A DNA stretch of 24,000 nt from Chitinophagaceae bacterium (GCA_037200685.1 JBBCIG010000005.1:126769-150768); one strand, 5' to 3'; shown: positions 1 to 8,921, numbered from the stretch's first letter. Made by a program: numbers and translations. Notes: generated by a model from the sequence alone, not told the origin.

Positions 1-1471
1 AAGCATTTCCTTCCGACAATGATGCAACCGCTTTATCACGGACTTCTTTGTCAACCATTTTTAATATCCAAGGGGCTTCATTAACATTTACATAAAGAAT
101 GCCATCCGGATCTATCGCATTGCCGCCCCATTCCGCACCGCCGCTATAGCCAAACAATAAAGTGCCTTTTTCATTTGGTGGCTGAAACTTATTATCCTTT
201 TTTAATTCAAGAAATAATTTCTTAACGTACTCATGTGATTCAGGAGAGATGTTTGAAATATCATCTTCTGTAAATAGCTGCCTGTTCAATGGCGCTGGCT
301 TCAGCGGAAATTTTTGGGTGGGATAGGGGTGCTCTCCTGGCAAACCATTTACAGGCACGGGCCTTTCTTCTACCGGGAACAAAGATGTTCCGCTGTCAAG
401 ATTTAGTACATATACCTGTCCGTCTTTGGTCGCCTGCACTACCACATCTGTTTTTTTCCCATCGTGGGTTATGGTAATAAGATTTGGCGGACAGGACATA
501 TCCCTGTCCCACAGATCATGATGAATGGTTTGATAATACCATTTTAATTTTCCTGTTTCCGCTTCTAACGCCAGTATGCAATTCGCAAACAGGTTTGCGC
601 CTTCCCGGTCACCACCATAAAAATCAGAAGAAGGCGAACCAGTGCCTAAAAAAACAACACCCCGTTTTTCATCCAGCACCATCCCGCTCCAGTTATTGAC
701 AGCTCCTATTTTTTTATACGCATCTTTCGGCCATGTGTCATATCCCAATTCACCTGGCTGCGGGATGGTATGAAATACCCATTTCAATTTTCCTGTTACC
801 ACATCAAATGCACGGATATGTCCCGGTGCGGCATCACCTCCTTCGGCAACACTGGAACCCATCACCACTGTATTTTTATAAATAACACCCGGTGTGGTAG
901 CGGTTACAGTAAGGTTTTGTACATCGTGGCCGATATTATCAGCAAGGCCCTGGTGCAGGTCCGCTTTCCCATTATTGCCAAATGTTGTAACAAGTTTACC
1001 TGTGGATGCATTGACGGCATACAAAGAAGAGCCTGCGGAATAAAGAATGCGTTTGTCGTCACCCTCTTTCCAATACATTACCCCCCTGTTGGTGTTGAAT
1101 GTCTGATTTTCTTTAACGGGTTCAAATCTCCATAACTGCTCACCAGTGGCTGCGTTTAATGCAAATAAATTGAGTTCTGCGGAAGTGCCGTATAATATTC
1201 CATTAACAACGATAGGTTGGCATTGTGTTTCTCCATTGCCAGTTTTTTTCGTTGTGTCGTTGGCAAAATAAGTCCAGGCGACTTCGAGATCTTTTACATT
1301 CTCAATATTTATTTCTGATAAAGGGGAGTAGCGGTTACCGGCTTTATTACCACCGTATACAGGATAATCTTTTCCAGTTTCCATGGAAGCTGGATTTTTA
1401 TTATCATCAGCATTTTTACAACCAGCTATAAATAGTAATACGAGAGTTAAGAGCTTTAATGTATTCTTCAT
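1..1471 (-). CDS. PQQ-dependent (quinoprotein) sugar/alcohol dehydrogenase, predicted lipoprotein; C-terminal part lies outside the window
   Basis: Absent from the supplied track because there is no stop in the window. Manual minus-strand translation from ATG (1471..1469) stays open for 490 codons down to position 2. It begins MKNTLKLLTLVLLFIAGC (signal peptide plus lipobox Cys), followed by GNRYSPLSEINIENVKDLEVAWTY, the classic N-terminal motif of PQQ beta-propeller dehydrogenases. Propeller-blade segments recur (EQLWRFEP, GKLKWVFHT, GKLKWYYQT). The + strand track ORFs at 289-1431 are antisense artefacts. Confidence 0.85.
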   Translation of the reverse strand, partial: MKNTLKLLTLVLLFIAGCKNADDNKNPASMETGKDYPVYGGNKAGNRYSPLSEINIENVKDLEVAWTYFANDTTKKTGNGETQCQPIVVNGILYGTSAELNLFALNAATGEQLWRFEPVKENQTFNTNRGVMYWKEGDDKRILYSAGSSLYAVNASTGKLVTTFGNNGKADLHQGLADNIGHDVQNLTVTATTPGVIYKNTVVMGSSVAEGGDAAPGHIRAFDVVTGKLKWVFHTIPQPGELGYDTWPKDAYKKIGAVNNWSGMVLDEKRGVVFLGTGSPSSDFYGGDREGANLFANCILALEAETGKLKWYYQTIHHDLWDRDMSCPPNLITITHDGKKTDVVVQATKDGQVYVLNLDSGTSLFPVEERPVPVNGLPGEHPYPTQKFPLKPAPLNRQLFTEDDISNISPESHEYVKKLFLELKKDNKFQPPNEKGTLLFGYSGGAEWGGNAIDPDGILYVNVNEAPWILKMVDKEVRDKAVASLSEGNA

Positions 1472-1504
1472 TTTAAATAGCAAAGCAGTGATACTTATAT
1501 TAGA

Positions 1505-2644
1505 TTATTTATTCTTCTGAACAGATTCCATTAAACCTTTGATATAACCCCATGCATATAAAGAGCCGATCGTGCTGTAGCCGGGAAAATCATTACTGTC
1601 TCCCGCCATCGTAGGTACATGATCAGGTCTTATCGGGCCTTTAAACCCCGCATCATAATAGGCTTTCATTGCTGCGTACATATCAATATCACCTTCGTCA
1701 TGAAATGTTTCTGTAAATTTTGTACTCGGTTTATTGCCACTCAGGTCATGTACATTTCTGAAATGAACAAAATGAATCAGTTTTCTTTTTCCAAAATATT
1801 TTATCGTAGCAGGAATATCGGCGCCCATTAATGAAAAATTTCCCTGGCACATCGTAATGCCATTGCTGGGGCTGGGAACTATGTCTACTAATCTTTTAAA
1901 ATTTTCTACCGAAGTCATAATGCGGGATATGCCTTTGATATTATCTACCTGCGGGTCATCCGGATGCATGGCGAGTTTCATTCCTATCTTTTCCGCTTCG
2001 GGAACAACCGCCTTTAAAAAATATTCAAGGTTTTTCCACATGGCCTCTTTCGTCACTATGCCATATTGCGTTAATGGTTGGTCTTTGATCACATCATAAT
2101 CAAACGCCGTCATCAATGCACCACCACGTCCGGGCCTTGCGTTATCTGTCCGGTACCATCCAATCACCGGCATCCAGTTATAACAAATCACATCAGTACC
2201 AGCTTTCGATAAACTCTTCATTAACGTAATAAAATTGGCGATCTCTTCGTCTCTTCCTTCCAAACCTAATTTTGTTTTTTCACCTAACGAAGGCGGCCCT
2301 TCCACTACATTAAAATTTAATCCTACTTTTTTCCATGCTTCCTTTACCGCAGCTACTGATTTTTCCTCATAAGCTTTTGCGCTATTATCCAGGCCGGCTA
2401 ATCTTGTACTGACACCACCCACTGCACCGAAAACATCCATCTGTTTCAGCAATGCGATTTTTCTTTCATCCATTCCGCTGAAATAAGCTTCGCTGGCCTG
2501 CATGCCTGCATCTTTTGCGAAATGGGAAATAGTTGTTTTGTTACTTGAAGATGTGCCGGCGATAGCTGGTATCATTCCGCCTGCTGAAACTGCTGCGGCA
2601 AGGGAAACAGTTTTTTTAATAAAATCTCTGCGCTTACTATTCAT
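1505..2644 (-). CDS. Mannonate dehydratase (UxuA) family protein with twin-arginine (Tat) signal peptide
   Basis: The track ORF 1505..2764 starts at a GTG. I prefer ATG 2644, which gives MNSKRRDFIKKTVSLAAAVSAGG (an RRxFxK Tat motif plus hydrophobic region) and removes the 17-nt overlap with the upstream gene. The body matches UxuA motifs as I remember them from E. coli: CYNWMPVIGWYRTD (CYNFMPVLDWTRTD), AMHPDDP, ITMCQGNF (FTMCTGSY), IHFVHFRNV, GDIDMY, IRPDH...PGYS. Confidence 0.8.
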   Translation of the reverse strand: MNSKRRDFIKKTVSLAAAVSAGGMIPAIAGTSSSNKTTISHFAKDAGMQASEAYFSGMDERKIALLKQMDVFGAVGGVSTRLAGLDNSAKAYEEKSVAAVKEAWKKVGLNFNVVEGPPSLGEKTKLGLEGRDEEIANFITLMKSLSKAGTDVICYNWMPVIGWYRTDNARPGRGGALMTAFDYDVIKDQPLTQYGIVTKEAMWKNLEYFLKAVVPEAEKIGMKLAMHPDDPQVDNIKGISRIMTSVENFKRLVDIVPSPSNGITMCQGNFSLMGADIPATIKYFGKRKLIHFVHFRNVHDLSGNKPSTKFTETFHDEGDIDMYAAMKAYYDAGFKGPIRPDHVPTMAGDSNDFPGYSTIGSLYAWGYIKGLMESVQKNK

Positions 2645-2747
2645 GGCAAGTTGTTTTATAGTTGAAAGATACACTCTTCGATTTCGAAATACTGGTATTA
2701 TTTTATCCGCTTCTTCACTATAACCTTGTCCTGAATGGCAAGATATA

Positions 2748-5192
2748 TTAAAGGCCTTCTTCACCTTCTTTCTTCGGCACAGGTTTATTTTGTTTAATAC
2801 GATAATTAAATGTAAGATTTATCTGTCTTCGCCTGAATTGTGAATTACTCTCCGAATAAAAATTAGGCCCTTCGCTAAAACCCCGGTTTCGTCGTGAATT
2901 AAAAACATCCAATACATTCAGGTTGATCGTGCCATTCCCTTTCAGCACATCTTTGTTCAATGCAAAATCAATAAAATAAAACGCTTGGCGTTTTCCTTGT
3001 GCTGTTTTTTGCGCCGCTTCATAATTGCCACGCAACTGCATTTCTATATCATGGGGCAATGTAAACCTTGAGGTTTGCCTCGCAAACCAGCTAAACGTTT
3101 TTGTTTTATAAGATGCGAGTATATTACTTCCGTCAATCGCCGCATGAAAAAGATTGAGGTTCATATCCATTTTCCACCATTTCGTAGCTGTCCATGTGCC
3201 GGTAAATTCCGCACCCCATGCATTTTCTTTTTTCAGGTTCTCCGGTTTCGTTGTTGATTTGCCTTCATCATTTACCCTGCGTATCCGCTCTATCTTTCCC
3301 CTGGTGTTACGATAATAAATACCGGAGAATAAAGAGCCTTTTTCAAAATTCATGATATAGGCAATTTCACCAACATTGCTGAACTCCGGGTCCAGGTCAG
3401 GATTACCACTGGAAAAATTCCGGCTGTCAGAGTAAGTCATATATGGGCTAAGATCATTATAAAATGGCCGGCGTATCCTCCGGCTATAACTTATTTGCAG
3501 CGCATTATCATCGCTCACATCGTATGTAAAATGGGCGCTGGGAAAGAAGTTAAAATAATCTCTTGGGTTCTGCTCATTGGTTTTTTGCAGTACCGTTTTT
3601 ACATCCGTGTATTCCGCCCGCAATCCCGCCTGGTAGGACATCTTTTTACTTTTATTGGCAAGAATGCCATAAGCAGCATGAATGTTTTCATTATAAACAA
3701 AAACATTATCAAGGCCCGGTAGCGGAACAAACACACCGGAACCATTTTGTTCCGTTACTAAAAAGTCATTGGTCATGTCCCGGAAGCTGCTGCGGATACC
3801 TGTTTCAAATTTTCCATCCTGGCCCAGCGGCTGCACATAATCTAATTGGAACAACCATTGCTTTTCATACTCATCATTCGGCGATCGCTGGACCACAGAT
3901 TTGGAAATGTCCTGCGTCCCGTTTTTATCGTATGAATATTGCGTAAATAATTGATTGGAACTTTCCCAGTTATCAATGTATTTAACGGTAGCAGAAAGTT
4001 CGTGATCTTTTTTCTCAAACGTTTTTTTATAAGTAAGCGTGTATTCTGAATTGGGTTCCTTTTCTTTTTCATCCTGTCGCCTCGTCGTTAAGCCACCGTA
4101 ATCGGAAAGATTAAAGTAATAATCTTCATAGCGAATATGAGAAATGCGGGTAGCATTGCTGCGGCGAAAAAGATAAGAAGCCGTAAGTATACTTTTCTCC
4201 GTAAAATAATAATCAAGCCCGCCACGTATATTCGTATTCAATCCTTTGATGCGGTTGGTAGTGCTTTGTCTTGAAATAAAAGTAGTATCAGCGGTATACA
4301 CTTCCTGGTACAAAGAACCACGGCCCGGCTGATTACGGTAAGCAATACCGTAGTTGATAAAGAAATTAATTTTCTTATGGCGATAATTCAAATTAGCGGC
4401 GGCTCCTAAGTTTGGATAATAACCAGTAATCAGTTCCAGCGAACCATTAAAGCCCTGTCGTTTATCTTTTTTTAAAATGATATTAATAATACCTGCATTT
4501 CCTTCCGCTTCGTAACGGGCTGAGGGGTTCGTAATGATCTCCACCCGGTCAATCAAACTCGCAGGTAATTGTTGTAAACCTCCCGATCCTTTAAAACTCA
4601 CCAGCCCGGATGGTTTGCCATCAATTAAAATGCGGACATTATCACTGCCTCGGAGTTTTACATTTCCTTCGCCATCGACAGTCACCGAAGGAATATTCGT
4701 AAGTATATCCGATGCAGAACCGCCTGCATTCGCCAAATCTTTCCCAACAGTAAAAATTCGTTTGTCCAGTTCCAGTTGCATAAAACTTTTTTCCGCCTGC
4801 ACCACCACTTCATTTAAAAGTGTTGTTGACTGTGTAAGACGAACAATGCCAAGGTCATGAACGGCATGCTCTTTTGAAAGACTAAATGTCGCCGTAGTGA
4901 CGGATGTGTAACCTGTATGTTCTAAAACCGCATAATAGGAGCCATATGATATTTGAAAAGAAAAATCACCTTTTTCTGAGCTTGGGTTTCCATTCACCTG
5001 TTTTTTCTGAGTGGTTTCAAAAATGCGGACGCTTACCGCGGCCAATGGATTGGAAGAAAGAGAATCAATTACTTTTCCTTTTACAGTCGCTGTGCTGGTT
5101 TGAGCAAACGAGTTGTAGCCGAATAAAAAAAGTAATGCGGGGCTAATAAATATTTTGCAGGGGAATGCAAGTAAATGGCGATACTTCGGCAT
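2748..5192 (-). CDS. TonB-dependent receptor / outer-membrane beta-barrel family protein with N-terminal carboxypeptidase-regulatory-like domain
   Basis: 814-aa ORF with ATG at 5192 and a signal-like N-terminus ending NSFAQ. It has a CarboxypepD_reg-like segment (TVKGKVIDSLSSNPLAAVSVRI) and a plug-like segment (DILTNIPSVTVDGEGNVKLRGS..VRILIDGKP), then a long barrel rich in alternating aromatic residues. The last strand (INLTFNYRI) is followed by a charged tail. There is no adjacent SusD-like gene. Confidence 0.85.
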   Translation of the reverse strand: MPKYRHLLAFPCKIFISPALLFLFGYNSFAQTSTATVKGKVIDSLSSNPLAAVSVRIFETTQKKQVNGNPSSEKGDFSFQISYGSYYAVLEHTGYTSVTTATFSLSKEHAVHDLGIVRLTQSTTLLNEVVVQAEKSFMQLELDKRIFTVGKDLANAGGSASDILTNIPSVTVDGEGNVKLRGSDNVRILIDGKPSGLVSFKGSGGLQQLPASLIDRVEIITNPSARYEAEGNAGIINIILKKDKRQGFNGSLELITGYYPNLGAAANLNYRHKKINFFINYGIAYRNQPGRGSLYQEVYTADTTFISRQSTTNRIKGLNTNIRGGLDYYFTEKSILTASYLFRRSNATRISHIRYEDYYFNLSDYGGLTTRRQDEKEKEPNSEYTLTYKKTFEKKDHELSATVKYIDNWESSNQLFTQYSYDKNGTQDISKSVVQRSPNDEYEKQWLFQLDYVQPLGQDGKFETGIRSSFRDMTNDFLVTEQNGSGVFVPLPGLDNVFVYNENIHAAYGILANKSKKMSYQAGLRAEYTDVKTVLQKTNEQNPRDYFNFFPSAHFTYDVSDDNALQISYSRRIRRPFYNDLSPYMTYSDSRNFSSGNPDLDPEFSNVGEIAYIMNFEKGSLFSGIYYRNTRGKIERIRRVNDEGKSTTKPENLKKENAWGAEFTGTWTATKWWKMDMNLNLFHAAIDGSNILASYKTKTFSWFARQTSRFTLPHDIEMQLRGNYEAAQKTAQGKRQAFYFIDFALNKDVLKGNGTINLNVLDVFNSRRNRGFSEGPNFYSESNSQFRRRQINLTFNYRIKQNKPVPKKEGEEGL

Positions 5193-5334
5193 AAGGCAAA
5201 TATATATCGACGCACCCGTTACTCCTTACAATTTTTGATCAATGAGGGAAGAAAATAAGCGACCTTTCACATGTCTAATAATCAACGTTGGCTGATTTTG
5301 TATATTGCAGCTACTGAATATAAAATTGTTTCGC

Positions 5335-6384
5335 ATGAAAAGAATAACTGCTTTCTATTTCATCACATTGTCTTTTTTTACACAAATAGTTGCCCAGGAT
5401 ACTTATACCAATCCAATAAAAAATTCCGGCCCCGATCCATGGGTCATCCTGCAAAATGGCTGGTACTACTACATGAATACTACGGGCAATGATTTAAAAT
5501 TATGGCGTACGAAAAATCTCGGCCAGTTAGCTACTGCCGAAGTAAAAACTATTTACAAGCCTGAAGAAAATAAACTCTATTCCAAACAATTGTGGGCGCC
5601 GGAAATACATTTCCTCGATAAGAAATGGTATGTCTATTTTGCAGCGGACGATGGCAACAATCTTCATCATCGTATGTGGGTATTGGAAAATGTAAATGAA
5701 GATCCGTTTGCAGGTGATTGGATATTGAAAGGCAAGCTCACGGATCCCGGTGACCATTGGGCGATTGACCTTACCGTGATTGATTACAAAGGAAAACGTT
5801 ATGCGGCATGGAGCGGCTGGGAAAATTATAATAATGTGCAGCAGAATATTTATATCGCCGAATTAGAAAATCCATGGACGATGAAAGGCGACAGGATATT
5901 AGTTTCTGAACCTGCTCACGATTGGGAATTGCATGGCGCAGTACCGCTTGAATGGCAGAAGAATACTGGCGAGCCTCCTGTATTACGTGTAAACGAAGGC
6001 CCCGAATTTCTTGAAAAAAACGGAAAGTTGTTTATCATTTATTCGGCCAATGCCTGCTGGCTCGATTATAATTTAGGAATGCTTTCATTCAATGGCAGCG
6101 GCGATATACTGGCTGCCAAGAATTGGAAAAAACATCCTCAGCCGGTATTTGCCCAATCTGCAACAAACAATGTATTTGCACCGGGGCATAATTCTTTTTT
6201 CAAAAGCCCCGATGGAAAAGAAGACTGGATATTATATCATGCCAACCCGACGGCTACGGATGGTTGCGGTAATAAAAGGGCGCCGCACATGCAAAAATTT
6301 TCATGGAATGCAGATGGCACTCCCAATTTTGGATCTCCCGTTTCTAAAAAACCATTGCCGCTTCCGTCAGGTATGCATAATTGA
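5335..6384 (+). CDS. Glycoside hydrolase family 43 (secreted; arabinofuranosidase/xylosidase-type five-bladed propeller)
   Basis: The track ORF is 5305..6384. ATG 5335 gives a clean signal peptide, MKRITAFYFITLSFFTQIVAQ. GH43-type motifs are present: NPIKNSGPDPWV, LWAPEIHFLDKKWYVYFAADDG, NEGPEF, APGHNSFF. It is transcribed divergently from the receptor operon. Confidence 0.85.
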   Translation: MKRITAFYFITLSFFTQIVAQDTYTNPIKNSGPDPWVILQNGWYYYMNTTGNDLKLWRTKNLGQLATAEVKTIYKPEENKLYSKQLWAPEIHFLDKKWYVYFAADDGNNLHHRMWVLENVNEDPFAGDWILKGKLTDPGDHWAIDLTVIDYKGKRYAAWSGWENYNNVQQNIYIAELENPWTMKGDRILVSEPAHDWELHGAVPLEWQKNTGEPPVLRVNEGPEFLEKNGKLFIIYSANACWLDYNLGMLSFNGSGDILAAKNWKKHPQPVFAQSATNNVFAPGHNSFFKSPDGKEDWILYHANPTATDGCGNKRAPHMQKFSWNADGTPNFGSPVSKKPLPLPSGMHN

Positions 6385-6517
6385 TAAACTAGTTTTAATT
6401 ATTATCCCAACTGCATTACTACTAGCATCGCCTGTTGCGTCGCACTCTTGTACGTTCGGTAATTCTATTGAGCATTGTCGGAATATCATTTTATCACCAC
6501 GGCTATTTTTATTCGTA

Positions 6518-6627
6518 GACCCCTCGTGCCTCGGGGTGACAAGGAAGAGTTTTATTATCCCGAACCTTTTTAAAACGACTTACATTATAGTAGTTCTCTT
6601 CTTTGTCATGGCGAGGCACGAGCCATC
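6518..6627. repeat. Pair of inverted REP-like palindromic units (BIME-like arrangement)
   Basis: Arm 6518..6549 (gacccctcgtgcctcggggtgacaaggaagag) and arm 6596..6627 (ctcttctttgtcatggcgaggcacgagccatc) are reverse complements at 25/32 positions, 46 nt apart. Each arm is itself a 5-bp stem with a 9-nt loop, and the stem differs between arms by compensatory changes (acccc/ggggt versus atggc/gccat). Confidence 0.6.
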
Positions 6628-6634
6628 TATTTAT

Positions 6635-6665
6635 AGTCTCTTCTTTAGGAGAGGCTAGGTGAGGT
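6635..6665 (+). repeat. Short, degenerate copy of the G-rich-tail REP-like element
   Basis: agtctcttctttaggagaggctaggtgaggt shares the agtctc head, a short hairpin core and the ggtgaggt tail with the elements at 21948 and 22735. It sits 3 nt downstream of the stop of the 6669..7205 gene. Confidence 0.45.
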
Positions 6666-6668
6666 TTC

Positions 6669-7205
6669 CTACACTTTTATCTTTCCCTCCACAGAATCAT
6701 CCAATGTTTTTCCAATAGCAGCGCCTACCAGCATTTTAATAAATGCGACTGCATTTCCATGTACGGTATCCCAGTAATAACCTTCTTCGGGAATAATTTC
6801 AATTACAGAAATACGGGGATCATTTTTTCCTTCGGTGAACCATGCTTTATGAAGCGGTTCCCATAGTTCATCAATTTTATTTTTGTCTTCTGAAATAAAG
6901 GCATTGCCCTTAATAAATAAGAAATCAGAATGCGCTGAACCCTGGAAATACATTTTCACTTCAGGGTCGGCATCTATCTCTTTATTCTTATAGCTGTCAT
7001 TAGCACTCAGGAACCATAAGTGACCGTCATCATCTACTTTCTGCACACTCATTGGCCTTACCCCTTCGGACGGGCCTTCCGCACCACCTGTGCAAAAGAA
7101 GCAGGTATTTGCTTTTTTGACAAGTTCTTTTAACTTTTCGACAGCTGCGACGTTCGTTAAATTCTCCCGGTTGTGTTCCGGCTGGTTTTTGTTGATACTG
7201 TCCAT
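6669..7205 (-). CDS. General stress protein 26 / pyridoxamine 5'-phosphate oxidase-like FMN-binding protein
   Basis: 178-aa ORF with ATG at 7205. The length and pattern (AVEKLKELVKKANTCFFCT, HLWFLS, YFQG..FLFIKG, DELWEPLHKAWF) match my recollection of the GSP26/PNPOx-like split-barrel family. There is no signal peptide. Confidence 0.7.
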   Translation of the reverse strand: MDSINKNQPEHNRENLTNVAAVEKLKELVKKANTCFFCTGGAEGPSEGVRPMSVQKVDDDGHLWFLSANDSYKNKEIDADPEVKMYFQGSAHSDFLFIKGNAFISEDKNKIDELWEPLHKAWFTEGKNDPRISVIEIIPEEGYYWDTVHGNAVAFIKMLVGAAIGKTLDDSVEGKIKV

Positions 7206-7576
7206 AATAAATTATTGTGGGTGAATTAATTTATAGCAAGGGTTTCAACAAATGTGCCGGGATGAAATGCGGTAGATGAAAATATGAATGTGCAATACTT
7301 GTTGCGATCTTTCCCCAATGAATTTATTCTTTGGAGATCGTCAGTAAAAAAGGCCAAAGTATTTTACTGAAGTCTTTTTATTTGAGAACAAAATTCGGAT
7401 TCGCTTGTTTGACCCGCTTTTATTATTGCATGATCCCGATCTTACGAAAGTCAATAGTACGACTACCGGACTGAAAAGAAATTATCCTTCTTTTACTTTA
7501 TCATTGCCATTTATAATATACAGTTTTAGTTTTTGATGATTAGCCTAAGTTTAATACATTCAACTTAAAATAATAT

Positions 7577-7858
7577 ATGATTATTGCAGGCTGGATATGC
7601 ATAGCGCTCGAGATTTTACTTTTACTAATATGGGTTTACAGTATTTTCTTTACTACTAATGGAACCGATCCCGCTGGAAGAGGAACCGCCACGGTTTTTG
7701 TGATCGGTTTATGTATATACATTGCAGCGAGCATTCTTTTATTACTCATGGGAAAAACATGGTCGGTAGTGCTTGTATTGGTTATGGCAGGCATACCCTT
7801 AGCTATTGTTTGCATCGGGCTAGGGAAAAAATACGGATCGCCAAAGAAAGAATATTAG
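7577..7858 (+). CDS. Small integral membrane protein (three predicted TM helices), unknown function
   Basis: 93-aa ORF with an ATG start and three hydrophobic stretches (IIAGWICIALEILLLLIWVY, VFVIGLCIYIAASILLLLM, VVLVLVMAGIPLAIVCIGL). A strong terminator follows immediately. No family recognised. Confidence 0.5.
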   Translation: MIIAGWICIALEILLLLIWVYSIFFTTNGTDPAGRGTATVFVIGLCIYIAASILLLLMGKTWSVVLVLVMAGIPLAIVCIGLGKKYGSPKKEY

Positions 7859-7866
7859 CTAATTAT

Positions 7867-7900
7867 AAAAAGCCGGAACAAACTTGTTCCGGCTTTTTTA
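7867..7900. terminator. Bidirectional rho-independent terminator
   Basis: Perfect 10-bp stem agccggaaca (7871..7880) / tgttccggct (7885..7894) with loop aact. It is flanked by an A-run upstream and a T-run downstream, and lies between convergent genes ending at 7858 (+) and 7921 (-). Confidence 0.85.
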
Positions 7901-7920
7901 TTAAAGAAAGATGTCTTTAG

Positions 7921-8754
7921 TTATTTGACAGATCCTGCAGCATTTACCAATACTACATTGGATAAAACAGCTGTATCTGTTTTATCGGGCAGGTGCGAAC
8001 AAAAACCGATGCCAACATAAAAAGGCCCGTCAATTTTTAACTTAATGGGTGCGCCAAACTGGTGCATCGGTTCACCATCCATACTGACAAAGAGCGAAAA
8101 ATAATCGCCTTTCTTTTCAATGCCGATACGTTTTGCATGCGCTATAACAAGTGCATCAGGTGAGGTGCCACCCGGAAGGCCGCCGCGGCTGCCGATACGA
8201 TATTCCATATCCTTCACTCTTTCACCTTTTTCAGGCCGCCATGCTAAATGCATCATGCCGGCCCCGTGTAATGCAACAAGCGCTTGTTTTGAATCATCAT
8301 CCAAACTTTGACGGATGACAAGAACCGCTTTGCGGTCACCGAAACCCGATGTATCGGGATAATCAATATCGGCGGCTAATGACACGTTGCCTGACATTTT
8401 TTTCCAGAGAAAACGAAATTCATCACGCACATACCAAACATTGTAGCCTGCGGAAACAATTGTATATTTTTTTGTAGCAGGATCATAACTGGAACTGCCG
8501 GGAACCAATGGGGCGCCAACATCGGACTGACCTTGAAAAATTCCAATCGGCGTTAATGATGTTTTAGCCGGGCGATGAAAATCCGTAGGAGGTGATACCT
8601 GCTTATGCGTGGCAGATGCAGGTAACGCCCAATCAGGAATTTCAAGTTTTGTGTCTGTGGTGGTGGTTTGCGAAGAAACCAAATGGGGTGCCGCAACCAG
8701 CAGGAGAGCGGGTAGCAAAACTCTCGTGATTTTTTTTATCATATAGCTATTCAT
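7921..8754 (-). CDS. Secreted protein of unknown function (possible concanavalin/LamG-like jelly-roll; family sometimes auto-annotated as TolR-like)
   Basis: 277-aa ORF with an ATG start and signal peptide KKITRVLLPALLLVAAPHLVSSQ. The beta-rich body includes GIFQGQSDVG, YTIVSAGYNVWY..FRFLWKK and GPFYVGIGFCSH. The functional call rests only on vague recollection of similar hypothetical proteins. Confidence 0.6.
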   Translation of the reverse strand: MNSYMIKKITRVLLPALLLVAAPHLVSSQTTTTDTKLEIPDWALPASATHKQVSPPTDFHRPAKTSLTPIGIFQGQSDVGAPLVPGSSSYDPATKKYTIVSAGYNVWYVRDEFRFLWKKMSGNVSLAADIDYPDTSGFGDRKAVLVIRQSLDDDSKQALVALHGAGMMHLAWRPEKGERVKDMEYRIGSRGGLPGGTSPDALVIAHAKRIGIEKKGDYFSLFVSMDGEPMHQFGAPIKLKIDGPFYVGIGFCSHLPDKTDTAVLSNVVLVNAAGSVK

Positions 8755-8850
8755 TTAGATTTTTGATGCGCAACAAATGTAGATAGTATTTTGCAACCGG
8801 AGTTAAAGTAAGTATAGTTTTGAAGACAAATTTAGTACTGCAGCCTTATT

Positions 8851-8921
8851 TGCTGAGTAAAGAACAGGAAGATGAACGGAGCGTCGTCCCGATATACACC
8901 GGGATTTCGTTTTACTCAACA
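8851..8921. repeat. Composite ~70-nt intergenic hairpin (REP-like)
   Basis: The outer stem is tgctgagtaaa (8851..8861) paired with tttactcaaca (8911..8921), 10/11 bp. The inner hairpin is tcccg-atatacac-cggga (8887..8904). The inner module has the same tcccg/cggga stem as the hairpin at 22788..22803 in repeat copy C. Confidence 0.45.

Noticed and set aside
289-1431. Four + strand track ORFs (289..477, 484..699, 770..1135, 1225..1431)
   Set aside because: They lie antisense to a continuous 490-codon minus-strand reading frame with clear PQQ-dehydrogenase motifs. Their sequences are Cys/His/Phe-rich nonsense typical of antisense frames.
2645-2764. N-terminal 40 codons of track ORF 1505..2764, and its 17-nt overlap with the receptor gene
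   Set aside because: The start is a GTG, and the extra residues precede a textbook Tat signal that begins at ATG 2644. The overlap is most simply an upstream read-through artefact, not a programmed overlap.
3075-4860. Multiple + strand ORFs (3075..3257, 3495..3722, 3563..3946, 4534..4860) and the minus ORF 3842..4072 inside the receptor gene
   Set aside because: All are nested in or antisense to the 814-aa receptor frame, which has coherent domain structure. None shows protein-like features.
6092-6658. 188-aa + strand ORF
   Set aside because: Its first half overlaps the GH43 gene out of frame. Its second half translates the REP/BIME-like repeats (…VMARHEPSIYSLFFRRG). There is no independent coding evidence.
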